From Macrostomum hystrix (lineage: Eukaryota; Animalia; Platyhelminthes), in contig CATNEN010000038.1 of NCBI GenBank assembly GCA_950097015.1, forward strand, positions 4,340,001 to 4,404,000: a DNA stretch of 64,000 nucleotides, in the 5' to 3' direction. Under the pieces are notes generated by a model. The model did no database searches and was not told the origin of the DNA. It saw only the letters and a list, made by a program, of their open reading frames with translations. The position numbers were made by a program, and so were the translations under genes. Positions 13,164-25,284 of this stretch are shown here, one piece after another. The stretch's first letter is position 1; each line of letters begins with the position of its first letter.

Positions 13164-13363
13164 CACGTGCATTGAGAATAAGTTTCAATGGGACGAGCAG
13201 CATACATCTGCGCTCTTACGCATTAAGCGCGCATTAAACGTGAGCTTGAATGGACTGGAGCTGATCGCGTGTGTCTCGCTTCCTATTGGTTCAACGGTCG
13301 GCTTTAAAAACCAGCTCTAAGTCACCAAAGCGGCCGATCTTCTGCGCTTAAAAACGCATTGGA

Positions 13364-16300
13364 ATGACGTCATCAAGACTGTTCGCTTTGTGGCTCATCT
13401 GCTGGAACCCGACGTCGGCGATGCTGTTTGCCTCCGGTGTGAACCACACGGAGATGACGAAGAACATCACGGAGACGCTCAATCGTCTGCTGGACAACTA
13501 CGACAAGAACCTCCGGCCGGACTTTGACGCGGCTCCGGTCACCGTCCGGATCAACATGAATATTCGCAGCGTGGGCCCGATCTCCGAGAAGTCCATGATC
13601 TTCTCATTCGACTGCTACTTTCGCCAGGAGTGGGTCGACACCAGACTCACCTTCCCGACGCATCACAACTTCTCTCACCTGCAGCTCAACGAGAAGATGC
13701 TTCGCGACATCTGGAAGCCGGACACGTACTTTGTGAACGGCATGGGCTCCTACCTGCACAACATCACCTCTCCCAATGTACTTTTCCGCATCAACAGCAC
13801 CGGCCACATCCTGTACTCCATGCGACTCACCATCAAGGCCAACTGTCCCATGGACCTGCTGAAGTTTCCCATGGACACCCAGGTCTGTCCTCTGGTGGTC
13901 AGCAGCCACGGCTACACAGAAGCCGATGTTGTGTACGAGTGGGGCAAGGGCGACCGCTCCATCCAGCTGAACAAAGACCTGCTGCTGTCACAGTTCGACC
14001 TGCGCAGTGAGTGGCTGACTGTGTGTTGACTCTGTGCTGACTGTGTGCTGACTGTGTGCTGACTGTGTGTTGACTGTGTGTTGACTGTGTGCTGACTGTG
14101 TGCTGACTGTGTGCTGACTGTGTGCTGACTGTGTGCTGACTGTGTGCTGACTGTGTGCTGACTGTGTGCTGACTGTGTGCTGACTGTGTGCTGACTGTGT
14201 GCTGACTGTGTGTTGACTGTGTGCTGACTGTGTGCTGACTGTGTGCTGACTGTGTGCTGACTGTGTGCTGACTGTGCGCTGACTGTGTGCTGACTGTGTG
14301 CTGACTGTGTGCTGACTGTGTGCTGACTGTGTGCTGACTGTGTGTTGACTGTGTGTTGACTGTGTGCTGACTGTGTGCTGACTGTGCGCTGACTGTGCTG
14401 ACTGTGTGTTGACTGTGTGTTGACTGTGTGCTGACTGTGTGCTGACTGTGTGCTGACTGTGTGCTGACTGTGTGCTGACTGTGTGCTGACTGTGTGCTGA
14501 CTGTGTGCTGACCGTGTGCTGACTTGTGTGCCGACTGTGTGCTGACTGTGTGCTGACTGTGTGCTGACTGTGTGCTGACTGTGTGCTGACAGTGTGCTGA
14601 CTCTGTGCTGACTGTGTGTTGACTGTGTGCTGACTGTGTGCTGACTGTGTGCTGACTGTGTGCTGACTGTGTGTTGACTGTGCTGACTGTGTGCTGACTG
14701 TGCTGACTGACCTGCTGTGACAGTAGGTCACTCTTAGTTATGCCTGAATTGTGGATTTTTTACCACTGAGATTATTCAGATAATAAGAATGGTTTACATT
14801 TTCTATGAATCCTATCTTCTCAAAACACACATGTCCGCAGACATTCCGATTGGCCGTGCGCGAATGTCTATTGGAAATAGGGGCCAATTCTCTGTGCTGA
14901 AGTGCCACTTCGAGTTGCAGAGACATATGGGGTACTTTCTGCTTCAGGTAAACAGGCTGAGTTTGAAAACATGCTGTCTACATCCTACATGTTACATATT
15001 GTCTACATCCTACATGTTACATATTGTCTACATCCTATCTAACATGTTACATATTGTCTACATCCTATCTAACATGTTACATATTGTCTACATCCTATCT
15101 AACATGTTACATATTGTCTACATCCTGTCTAACATGTTACATCTTGTCTTCATCCTGTCTAACATGTTACATCTTGTCTTCATCCTGTCTAACATGTGAC
15201 ATTCTGTCTAACATGTGTCATTCTGTCTAACATGTGACATTCTGTCTAACATGTGTCATTCTGTCTAACATGTGACATTCTGTCTAACATGTGACATTCT
15301 GTCTAACATGCAACATTCTGTCTAACATGTGACATTCTGTCTAACATGCAACATTCTGTCTAACATGCAACATTCTGTCTAACATGTGACATTCTGTCTA
15401 ACATGCAACATTCTGTCTAACATGTGACATTATGTCTAACATGTGACATTCTGTCTAACATGTGACATTCTGTCTAACATGTGACATTCTGTCTAACATG
15501 TGACATTCTGTCTAACATGTGACATTCTGTCTAACATGCAACATTCTGTCTAACATGTGACATTCTGTCTAACATGTGAGATTCTGTCTAACATGCAACA
15601 TTCTGTCTAACATGCAACATTCTGTCTAACATGTGACATTCTGTCTAACATGTGACATTCTGTCTAACATGTGACACTTCTCGCTTAGGCAGTGCATAAT
15701 AATTTTCATCATAATAATATTAATTTTTTCCCCACACCAAAGCCACACTTGGCCACATAACTAGTGTGCTGAGGCCCTTTAAAATCAGTTATCTGAGAAA
15801 CAGGTTTTGGCTCTCAGAGCAGCTGCTGACCGGTATTTCCTGTGAGTTGCGCAGCTGTTTCACCAATTTCGCAGTCTTAATCGATTTTCTTCATCTTCGC
15901 CGTTTCCCCGGAGACCAGCTGTGGGATTTTCATCCTGCTAAGATAAGAGGTCACGACGTCACAGTAGCCAATGTTCTTTTAAAAGCAGCCTACAGTACTC
16001 AAAATTTCTAGTACTGTAGGCTGCTTTTACTACTCAAAGTCTCTAGATTTGTTCCTTGATTTCCTCGAAAGAAATTTGCACCAGGTCGGATATTTCTGTG
16101 ACAGGTTGAAATTCTGCCGAAAAAATGACTGAGAATTTGCTCCCTCCCCCCAGTTGAGTGCGGTATTCAACTCACTCAACTCAAATTTCTGAGCTATCCA
16201 GCCTCCCTGCCACTTCATCAGCTCAAGTAGCGGTGGTCAGTGGCGCGTCAAATTCGAGTACCCACTCAAATCTAATTTCACACTCTAAACCACTTCTATA

Positions 16301-18676
16301 AAGCTGCTAAATAAAACTATGAGATGAATAAAGTTATATTGAGGAGAACAGTCATTTCCTCAGGTAATGCCAGGTTCATGGTTGAGTCAGGAACTTCTTG
16401 CTGAAAGGTCATGGGTTCAAATCTGAGCTTAAAAGAAAGTGCTATTTCCTTTCTGTCTTATCTATTGGCTATATGCGGCATTTCGGGTGTGTCAGGGAAC
16501 TCTGGCCTCATGCGGAGGTTATTAAATCTCGCTGATCTCAGACAGCAGTGAGTCTGGGTGCGTAAGCCTCATCTAGTATGGTGTCAACTTCAACACGCCC
16601 GGAGACACTCAGAGAGTCAATGATTTTTTTCCTAGTTACCGATTTTCTGTCCAACTCACAAATGCAACTGTCGCCTGTGCGAGCTCTGCTGCGAACCCGA
16701 CAAGAAACAAGAAAGACTTGTTTCAAATGGGAAGACAAGTTCGATTCTATTGAATTTTCCTCAGTTTCAAAGACTTGTACGGGCCAAAATAAAGTTAAGA
16801 GTGATCAGCAACCTTCAACCCTTAACCTGCCTCATCGAATTCTCTCCTGAATCGTGTCTTACCTGCCCCGCCTAACCGTATCTGAATTCAGTGTCTCATC
16901 TCTGCTGTGTCTCATCTCTCCCGTGTCTCATCTCTCACGTGTCTCATCTCTCACGTGTCTCATCTCTCCCGTGTCTCATCTCTCACGTGTCTCATCTCTC
17001 CCGTGTCTCATCTCTCCCGTGTCTCATCTCTCCCGTGTCTCATCTCTCCCGTGTCTCATCTCTCCCGTGTCTCATCTCTCCCGGGTCTCATCTCTCCCGT
17101 GTCTCATCTCTCCTGTGTCTCATCTCTCCCGTGTCTCATCTCTCCCGTGTCTCATCTCTCCCGTGTCTCATCTCTCCCGTGTCTCATCTCTCCTGTGTCT
17201 CATCTCTCACGTGTCTCATCTCTCACGTGTCTCATCTCTCACGTGTCTCATCTCTCACGTGTCTCATCTCTCACGTGTCTCATCTTTCACGTGTCTCATC
17301 TCTCCCGTGTCTCATCTCTCACGTGTCTCATCTCTCACGTGTCTCATCTCTCCCGTGTCTCATCTCTCACGTGTCTCATCTCTCCCGTGTCTCATCTCTC
17401 CCGTGTCTCATCTCTCCCGTGTCTCATCTCTCCCGTGTCTCATCTCTCCCGTGTCTCATCTCTCCCGTGTCTCATCTCTCCCGTGTCTCATCTCTCCCGT
17501 GTCTCATCTCTCACGTGTCTCATCTCTCACGTGTCTCATCTCTCACGTGTCTCATCTCTCACGTGTCTCATCTCTCCCGTGTCTCATCTCTCACGTGTCT
17601 CATCTTTCCCGTGTCTCGTCTTTCCTGTGCCTCATCTCTCTTCCAGAGGAAGGGAAGCCCAGAGGAAAGACGAATTTGAATTATTTTAGGCGTCTTAAAT
17701 GTGCACTTGAGTTTAGCTAGATTATAGACAGACAAGGGAGTCCTGATTTGCAATTCACTTGCCCCCGCCTACCAAAGCAGCGGCAGCAGCAGCTGGCACT
17801 GATTTATTTGCATCTCAAAATTGGTGCCACAGAAGCAAATTATGCCAAACAAGCAGACAGCGAGAGAGAGTGAGAGCTCTAGTCAGTATTCGATAGATAA
17901 ATACATGCCTGTTGAGTCAGTGCAAGCTGAAGATGCTCCTGGGTCCTGATGCCATTCATTAATGACATCCAACTAAATTTGCTCATATTACTACTCAATA
18001 GCTCTGTGGGTAAAAAATATAATTTTTCTGGCCTTAGAAATGAGCTGCAGTCCATATTTTATTAACCATTTGCCAGCTGTACCTGCCCTGCAGCCTGCTG
18101 GTTGTGCTCAGCTGGGTCGGATTCTGGATCAACCGAGAAGCCACATCAGACCGCATTGCCCTTAGCATCACCACCGTGCTCACAATGACCTTCTTGGGCA
18201 TGGACAACCGCCAGGACCTGCCGCGGGTGAGCTACGGAACAGCTCTAGACTGGTACGTCGGCATGTGCTTCGCCCAGATCCTGGCCACCATCATTGAGTT
18301 CGCCTCAGTGCACTACTTCACCAAGCATGGCAGCGGCGAGACCCACGTCACCCTGGAGACAGACGGTGGCTCCGAGAACGGCAGCCTTCGCTACGGCCAG
18401 GCGAGGCCTCGGATGCAGCGGCCTTCGCTGCCGCCACCGCAGCTGACCGACGTCGCCGCCGCATCCGCAGCCGACAAGCTGGGAAAGGACAGCTGCCCGT
18501 ACGCCTTCCTGAACTGCATCAAGGGCAGCTCCAAGTACAAGGAGCTCAAGCTACTGCGCTCAACAAAGACCGTCAACTCCGTCAGCCGCATCGACGAGAT
18601 CTCCAAGGTGCTCTTCCCGGCGATGTTCGCTTTGTTCAACCTCGGCTACTGGACTGTGTACCTGAAGGTGCTCTGA
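13364..18676 (+). CDS. Cys-loop ligand-gated ion channel, GABA-A alpha/GRD-like, copy A. Exons 13364-14006, 14841-14947, 18077-18676
   Basis: Signal peptide, YDKNLRP, DCYFRQEW, IWKPDTYF, Cys loop CPMDLLKFPMDTQVC, M1-M4 with ATSDRIALSITTVLTMT; phase-consistent GT-AG introns. Confidence 0.93.
14014..14710. repeat. 11-bp minisatellite (CTGACTGTGTG)n, intron 1 of copy A
   Basis: Tandem array; inverted counterpart at 22390-22968. Confidence 0.95.
14975..15676. repeat. Compound minisatellite: 30-bp unit grading into 19-bp (ATTCTGTCTAACATGTGAC)n
   Basis: Adjacent arrays share TCTAACATG. Confidence 0.9.
16891..17640. repeat. 16-bp satellite (GTGTCTCATCTCTCCC)n
   Basis: Reverse complement of the 27760-33540 satellite unit. 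Confidence 0.95.
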
Positions 18677-19135
18677 CTGTATACCTGACTGTGTACCTGA
18701 CTGTGTACCTGACTGTGTGCCTGACTGTGTACCTGAATATTGATAAATGATAATTTCGCAGCTGAGTTTCAAGCTGATGACTTAACAAAGTTTTCTGTTA
18801 GACTTCTAAGTTGCTGAGTAGATTTGTAACAAATCATACGATCTGTAGTCTTAGCTGGGCTGCCTGATATAATATTCAATACATTTGCAGTAAGTGAGAG
18901 AACAGTTAGCAGACCTTTATTCTTCTTTGAACAGTCTTTCGCTGATAAATTTTCTTAAACCTTTTTTCAAGCTCAGAATTTTAATGGTAAAATAATGAAG
19001 CAAGCGAACTGTGTAAAAAGGAAATTTTTATTTCAATAATTTAGTGGGATTAACACGACACATTGTTTGAAAACATCCTACACAAAGTATTGTAATCAAA
19101 CAACTATTGATACCAACAGCACAGTCAGAGCAACT

Positions 19136-19810
19136 TCAGGTACACAGTCAGGCACACAGTCAGGTACACAGTCAGGTACACAGTCAGCTACACAGTCAGG
19201 TACACAGTCAGGTACACAGTCAGGTACACAGTCAGGCACACAGTCAGGCACACAGTCAGGTACACATTCAGGTACACAGTCAGGCACACAGTCAGGTACA
19301 CATTCAGGTACACAGTCAGGCACACAGTCAGGCACACAGTCAGGTACACATTCAAGTACACAGTCAGGTACACATTCAGGTACACAGTCAGGTACACAGT
19401 CAGGTACACAGTCAGGTACACAGTCAGGTACACATTCAGGTACACAGTCAGGCACACAGTCAGGCACACAGTCAGGTACACATTCAGGTACACAGTCAGG
19501 CACACAGTCAGATACACAGTCAGGTACACAGTCAGGCACACAGTCAGGTACACAGTCAGGTACACAGTCAGGTACACAGTCAGGTACACAGTCAGGTACA
19601 CAGTCAGGCACACAGTCAGGTACACATTCAGGTACACAGTCAGGTACACATTCAGGTACACAGTCAGGCACACAGTCAGATACACAGTCAGGTACACAGT
19701 CAGGTACACAGTCAGGTACACAGTCAGGTACACAGTCAGGTACACAGTCAGGTACACAGTCAGGCACACAGTCAGGTACACAGTCAGGTACACAGTCAGG
19801 TATACAGTCA
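19136..19810. repeat. 12-bp minisatellite (TCAGGTACACAG)n abutting the stop codon of copy B; ~5-unit inverted copy at 18674-18735
   Basis: Tandem array, ~56 units. Confidence 0.95.
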
Positions 19811-22800
19811 GAGCACCTTCAGGTACACAGTCCAGTAGCCGAGGTTGAACAAAGCGAACATCGCCGGGAAGAGCACCTTGGAGATCTCGTCGATGCGGCT
19901 GACGGAGTTGACGGTCTTTGTTGAGCGCAGTAGCTTGAGCTCCTTGTACTTGGAGCTGCCCTTGATGCAGTTCAGGAAGGCGTACGGGCAGCTGTCCTTT
20001 CCCAGCTTGTCGGCTGCGGATGCGGCGGCGACGTCGGTCAGCTGCGGTGGCGTCAGCGAAGGCCGCTGCATCCGAGGCCTCGCCTGGCCGTAGCGAAGGC
20101 TGCCGTTCTCGGAGCCACCGTCTGTCTCCAGGGTGACGTGGGTCTCGCCGCTGCCATGCTTGGTGAAGTAGTGCACTGAGGCGAACTCAATGATGGTGGC
20201 CAGGATCTGGGCGAAGCACATGCCGACGTACCAGTCTAGAGCTGTTCCGTAGCTCACCCGCGGCAGGTCCTGGCGGTTGTCCATGCCCAAGAAGGTCATT
20301 GTGAGCACGGTGGTGATGCTAAGGGCAATGCGGTCTGATGTGGCTTCTCGGTTGATCCAGAATCCGACCCAGCTGAGCACAACCAGCAGGCTGCAGGGCA
20401 GGTACAGCTGAAAAGGTAGCGAAATGGCTAGTAAGTCCGAGTGTTAACGCTGGAAATATTTCAGAGGCTCATACTACTATAAGTAGAGCGCAACGCGCCA
20501 TCGATTTTCAACTATCAGTTTCTAGGTAAATTTCGGTGACCACTGAAGTCGGAGATGATGCAGGCACATTCGGGTGACATACTAATAGAGTTTGAAGGCC
20601 TGTCAAGGCCGCACTGAGGCGCAGTGCAAATTCGTATATAGGGTTGCACTGCGCCTAAATATAGGGTTGCACAACAAAAAGTTAGCCCGTGTTCTTGAGT
20701 TTCGTGTGATTGCAGAAATAATTGTCAGGGAGGAGTCGCTGTGGTTTCCTGTTCTACTTGTGATTCGGCTAATATAGATGCAACCCATTACTTTAATTGA
20801 CTTGATCATCCGAGTTCTTATTTTCCAAGACACGACCATCTGCTTCTCATTTCGCATGGATTTTGAGGATTTGCAAGGCATTAAGTTAGCCAGTCCATTT
20901 TCAATTCCGAAATCTGCATTTCTCGTCTTCAACCGGGTTCTCTGAAGATTTCATTCTGTCACTGGGTCTGCGCGAACCGCATTTTTCATAGTCCTGATTG
21001 CATGAGTGCTAAGGCATGGTCTTAAAATGTTCCCTGTCTAAGATTTATCTGCGAAACTCGAGTTTTAGAATCTGATCATCTTAATGGACCCTCAAATTAT
21101 TTTTGCAGAACTGAACAAGCTTATTTTTCTTGTCTTTACCATCATGAAGGCAACCAGATAAGCTTTCGTGAACATAGTCATACTGATTCTGGTATCATAT
21201 TTATGTACTTTAATTAATCACTCCTGTGTAGTCTAAAGCATTTCCTCTTTGTGTTCATACTGATCTCTTCTGTGTACTCAAACTGATCCCTTCTGTGTAC
21301 TCAAACTGATCCCTTCTGTGTACTCAAACTGATCCCTTCTGTGTACTCAAACTGATCCCTTGTGTGTACTCAAACTGATCCCTTCTGTGTACTCAAACTG
21401 ATCCCTTCTGTGTACTCAAACTGATACCTTCTGTGTACTCAAACTGATCCCTTCTGTGTACTCAAACTGATACCTTCTGTGTACTCAAACTGATCCCTTC
21501 TGTGTACTCAAACTGATCCCTTCTGTGTACTCAAACTGATCCCTTCTGTGTACTCAAACTGATCCCTTCTGTGTACTCAAACTGATCCCTTCTGTGTACT
21601 CAAACTGATCCCTTCTGTGTACTCAAACTGATCCCTTCTGTGTACTCAAACTGATACCTTCTGTGTACTCAAACTGATCCCTTCTGTGTACTCAAACTGA
21701 TCCCTTCTGTGTACTCAAACTGATCCCTTCTGTGTACTCAAACTGATCCCTTCTGTGTACTCAAACTTAACCCTTCTGTGTACTCAAACTGATCCCTTCT
21801 GTCTACTCAAACTGATTCCTTCTGTGTACTCAAACTGATACCTTCTGTGTACTCAAACTGATCCCTTCTGTGTACTCAAACTGATCCCTTCTGTGTACTC
21901 AAACTGATCCCTTCTGTGTACTCAAACTGATCCCTTCTGTGTACTCAAACTGATCCCTTCTGTGTACTCAAACTGATCCCTTCTGTGTACTCAAACTGAT
22001 CCCTTCTGTCTACTCAAACTGATTCCTTCTGTGTACTCAAACTGATCCCTTCTGTGTACTCAAACTGATCCCTTCTGTGTACTCAAACTGATCCCTTCTG
22101 TGTACTCAAACTGATACCTTCTGTGTACTCAAACTGATCCCTTCACTGTGAAACATCGAAAACACCTGGGACGCACCTGCAGCAGAAAGTATCCCATGTG
22201 TCTTTCAAACTCGAAGTGGCACATCAGCGCCGAGAATTGGCCCCGCCTTCCCATGCGCAAAGTGTCACGACTGATGGGAATTCCTGCACGGTAAGCCAAG
22301 AGTTGGGAAATTACGTGGGATTTGTAATGCATCTCATTGGTAGTTAATGCATTCAGGGCACAGCCGAGAGTGACAACTGTCACAGCAGGTCAGTCAGCAC
22401 TGTCAGCACACAGTCGGCACACAAGTCAGCACACGGTCAGCACACTGTCAGCACACAGTCAGCACACAGTCAGCACACAGTCAGCACACAGTCAGCACAC
22501 AGTCAGCACACTGTCAGCACACAGTCAGCACACAGTCAGCACACTGTCAGCACACAGTCAGCACACAGTCAGCACACAGTCAGCACACAGTCAGCACACA
22601 GTCAGCACACAGTCAGCACACAGTCAGCACACAGTCAGCACACAGTCAGCACACAGTCAGCACACAGTCAGCACACAGTCAGCACACAGTCAGCACACTG
22701 TCAGCACACAGTCAGCACACAGTCAGCACACAGTCAGCACACAGTCAGCACACAGTCAGCACACAGTCAGCACACAGTCAGCACACAGTCAGCACACAGT

Positions 22801-23643
22801 CAGCACACAGTCAGCACACAGTCAGCACACAGTCAGCACACAGTCAGCACACAGTCAGCACACAGTCAGCACACAGTCAGCACACAGTCAACACACAGTC
22901 AACACACAGTCAACACACAGTCAGCACACAGTCAGCACACAGTCAGCACAGAGTCAACACACAGTCAGCCACTCACTGCGCAGGTCGAACTGTGACAGCA
23001 GCAGGTCTTTGTTCAGCTGGATGGAGCGGTCGCCCTTGCCCCATTCGTATACAACATCGGCTTCCGTGTAGCCGTGGCTGCTGACCACCAGAGGACAGAC
23101 CTGGGTGTCCATGGGAAACTTCAGCAGGTCCATGGGACAGTTGGCCTTGATGGTGAGTCGCATGGAGTACAGGATGTGGCCGGTGCTGTTGATGCGGAAA
23201 AGTACATTGGGAGAGGTGATGTTGTGCAGGTAGGAGCCCATGCCGTTCACAAAGTACGTGTCCGGCTTCCAGATGTCGCGAAGCATCTTCTCGTTGAGCT
23301 GCAGGTGAGAGAAGTTGTGATGCGTCGGGAAGGTGAGTCTGGTGTCGACCCACTCCTGGCGAAAGTAGCAGTCGAATGAGAAGATCATGGACTTCTCGGA
23401 GATCGGGCCCACGCTGCGAATATTCATGTTGATCCGGACGGTGACCGGAGCCGCGTCAAAGTCCGGCCGGAGGTTCTTGTCGTAGTTGTCCAGCAGACGA
23501 TTGAGCGTCTCCGTGATGTTCTTCGTCATCTCCGTGTGGTTCACATTGGAGGCAAACAGCATCGCCGACGTCGGGGTCCAGCAGGTGAGCTGATGAGTCC
23601 ATGCCGCGAGCCACAGGAAGACAGCAGTTGAGCTCGATGCCAT
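19808..23643 (-). CDS. Cys-loop ligand-gated ion channel, GABA-A alpha/GRD-like, copy B (inverted paralog). Exons 23643-22977, 22283-22177, 20407-19808
   Basis: Same motifs, exon-2/3 sizes and intron phases as copy A; different signal peptide and exon 2. Confidence 0.93.
20535..20730. mobile_element. Fragment of an unclassified interspersed repeat, homologous to 62875-63140
   Basis: Shared GGAGATGATGCAGGCAC..GAAGGCCTG.CAAGGCCGCACTGAGGCGCAGTGCAAATTCG and CAACAAAAAGTT.GCCCGTGTTCTTGAGTTTCGTGTG. Confidence 0.7.
21258..22144. repeat. 23-bp minisatellite (CTGATCCCTTCTGTGTACTCAAA)n, intron 2 of copy B
   Basis: Tandem array, ~38 copies. Confidence 0.95.
22390..22968. repeat. 11-bp minisatellite (CAGTCAGCACA)n, intron 1 of copy B
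   Basis: Reverse complement of 14014-14710. Confidence 0.95.
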
Positions 23644-24567
23644 TGTAATGCAAAATAGGCAAAGCTTGGCGCCCGCGGAGGCACTGGGACTTATGCGAAT
23701 TCATCCTGTATCGCTAGCCAATCGCAATTCGTTCTGCAAGACAAGAATTTATTCAACTGGCGCGTGACGTACGCATTCAGCTTTAGCGTTCGAGATCATT
23801 TCTTGGCTAGGGTAATTTCAATCGGTCCTATGTATTTCAGTTAAATGAATTAATGACTGAGGATTTGGGACAGAAACTGCTATAGGTTTAAGGCAATTTT
23901 CTCTTTAGTTTTACAACGCGAAATTCGGCGCCATAAAATATTAATATGTGAACGGAAATCAGCGAAAGGAACTGACTTCCCTGGGATTCCAATCTGCAGC
24001 TGCTGCTGCTGGGAGCTGTCGGGGCGCGCTGGGGATGAAATCTAATAAAATCATACCATTGAAGCCTTTCAGTGGACCTCGCTTCAGAAGTCAAGCGTCC
24101 GGCACTGCATATATGTATAAATTCTCAAGTGAACCTGTTATTCAATCGGGTATGATAAACGACTTCAAAGTGCTGAAATCAAATACAAGGAGCACTTCTC
24201 CTAGTTACAGGTTGTTACAGTATGAGCAAATGCCTTCTGATAATAAACCGCGTGTCTGTGTAATTATTGGTCAAGAAAAAAAGATTTTGTTGGTATTGGA
24301 ATAACATTAATATTACAATCATATTTGCCAGAGTTGTGGGCACAGTGGGCATATCTAAGTATATATCTTCTGTGTATCTATAAGTAGAGATAAGTTAGGA
24401 AACACAATTGGGGAAAAACAATTGGGGATTGTACACTGCAAGTAAAAACAACATGACCTATACTACAATTTCTTCGCGATTAGTGTACATAAGTCACTTA
24501 ATTTTAATAAATCACCGCATTAAATTCATAATTTTATTTGCATCTTTATACTAGGAGTCGCACAGTA

Positions 24568-24830
24568 AAGCGGAAGGCCTTTTCGTTTAAGAGATGGAAT
24601 GGCAGCGAAGATCGTGGGATGCATTGCGCGTATATTTATAGAGGGTGATAAAGGGCCCTCGGAGGTTCGAAAAGTGGCGTGACTCAAACGGGGGGAAGCT
24701 TCGAACAACCCCCCGGTTTAGCGAGTCGGCTGGCTGGTTGCACAAAGCCCACCTCAACCTCAGCAAGACTGAAGTTGAGGGGTTTGGAATCTTTGGATTG
24801 CAGCTGCACTAGCGCTGGCCGCTCGCTATA
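24568..24830 (-). mobile_element. Diverged solo LTR related to the 42217-43462 element
   Basis: Colinear similarity: GCGGAAGGCCTTTT, TGGCAGCGAAG, TATATTTATA, TTAGCGAG.CGGCTGGCTGG, GCTGCACT.GCGCTGG. Confidence 0.75.
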
Positions 24831-25284
24831 TTTATAGTATATAATATAATAAAATAAAACTTAAACAGTAAATAATTTCTTCTATTACGTTATAGATTTT
24901 ATCTTTCATATTTTTTGTTCTGCAAACATTGTAAAATTCGCGGCTTTTAAACTTTTTTCTTTTACTGTGAAGAAATTATCGAGGATATATTTTAAGTTTC
25001 GCATATTCAGAGAAATCGGTCATGCGCAGTAGTAAACAGATCGATGCTGCCGGTAAATTCCGGTTCTGATTTGTGCTGACGTGAGCTAGATCTGCGATTT
25101 GTCATATAAATTAGTTTTTCTTTTTTTACTATTTTTTTACTATATTAGTTTTAGTAAAAACGTTTTCCTTTCTCTAAAGCTACAGCTACGTGTTGAAGGG
25201 GATAGTATGTGGCATATTTTTTGGCTGAGGCCAATTTTGTGAACATTAAACTTAATTTTTAGGTTTCTAACTTCAATCCGAAAG

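Noticed and set aside
14948-18076. Extra mutually exclusive exon-2 copies in the channel introns
   Set aside because: No further GQFS/HMGYF-like segment found in either gene
19067-19838. SGTQ / VPDC / VHSQ repeat ORFs and other repeat-derived ORFs (13988, 22337, 37649, 39780, 56703)
   Set aside because: Translations of minisatellites
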